Assembly: GCA_963703955.1 (NCBI GenBank)
Contig: CAVPGK010000027.1
Span: forward strand, 1-27,731
Origin: Nitrospirota bacterium
GTDB lineage: Bacteria > Nitrospirota > Nitrospiria > Nitrospirales > Nitrospiraceae
Direction of reading: 5' to 3'
DNA: 27,731 nucleotides
The notes beneath the pieces are model-generated. The model was given only the letters and a program-made list of their open reading frames with translations. It ran no database searches and had not been told where the DNA came from. The translations under genes and the position numbers were made by a program. Position 1 is the first letter of the stretch. Each line of letters starts with the position of its first letter. Below are positions 27,422 through 27,731 of the stretch, piece by piece.

Positions 27422-27725
27422 GAGGTATAACCAAAAGGTGGGAATAAATAGAAAAGAGGCGGTGTATCCTCACGGGTGACATCCCGTGGAGTCGCCGTTC
27501 GGAGCTGCGCGCCTGCGGACCGATGCCGCCAAGCGGTTCAAACTGGTGAAGAATGCCACGGCGGTGATTTGGAAGATGCTGCTGGTGGCGGAACACACCT
27601 TCCGGCGCGTGAAACATCCGGAGCTCATGCCCGCGGTCTATCGAGGCGTCACGTTCATGGATGGAATGCAGGTGGAAAAAGAGGTCGCCGCCTAATTCTA
27701 TTTACACACTTCTTGACATGACTTC
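27422..27725 (+). mobile_element. Internally deleted IS256 derivative (304 bp, MITE-like)
   Basis: 27422-27480 resembles the left end 26050-26106; 27481-27725 repeats 27170-27414 (245 bp); ~1.06 kb of internal sequence is missing. Confidence 0.8.
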
Positions 27726-27731
27726 ATATTC

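Overview
GC-rich bacterial chromosomal segment, most likely Nitrospira/Nitrospirota (inferred from gene content and a recalled Nitrospira-type intergenic repeat). Bases 1-23957 are mostly backbone: an OB-fold exported protein, an M20 dipeptidase, an ECF sigma/zinc anti-sigma/cupredoxin/bPH_2/large exported protein cluster, a ferritin-like protein, a hybrid histidine kinase, a di-heme cytochrome c peroxidase, der, a YrfG-like HAD hydrolase, an ankyrin lipoprotein, a coupled zinc-peptidase plus Ddl-like ATP-grasp pair, a methyltransferase, leuS-lptE-holA, rpsT, pyrF and tRNA-His. An integrative element begins after tRNA-His. Its tyrosine integrase reads antisense into the tRNA and is interrupted twice: by an intact IS3-family element flanked by an exact 36-bp direct repeat (the most unusual signal), and by an IS256-family element followed head-to-tail by an internally deleted copy, the junction forming a near-consensus promoter. 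Single-base frameshifts in essential leuS, the cupredoxin gene and the IS256 transposase suggest indel errors in the assembly, so fine-scale claims need read-level checks.
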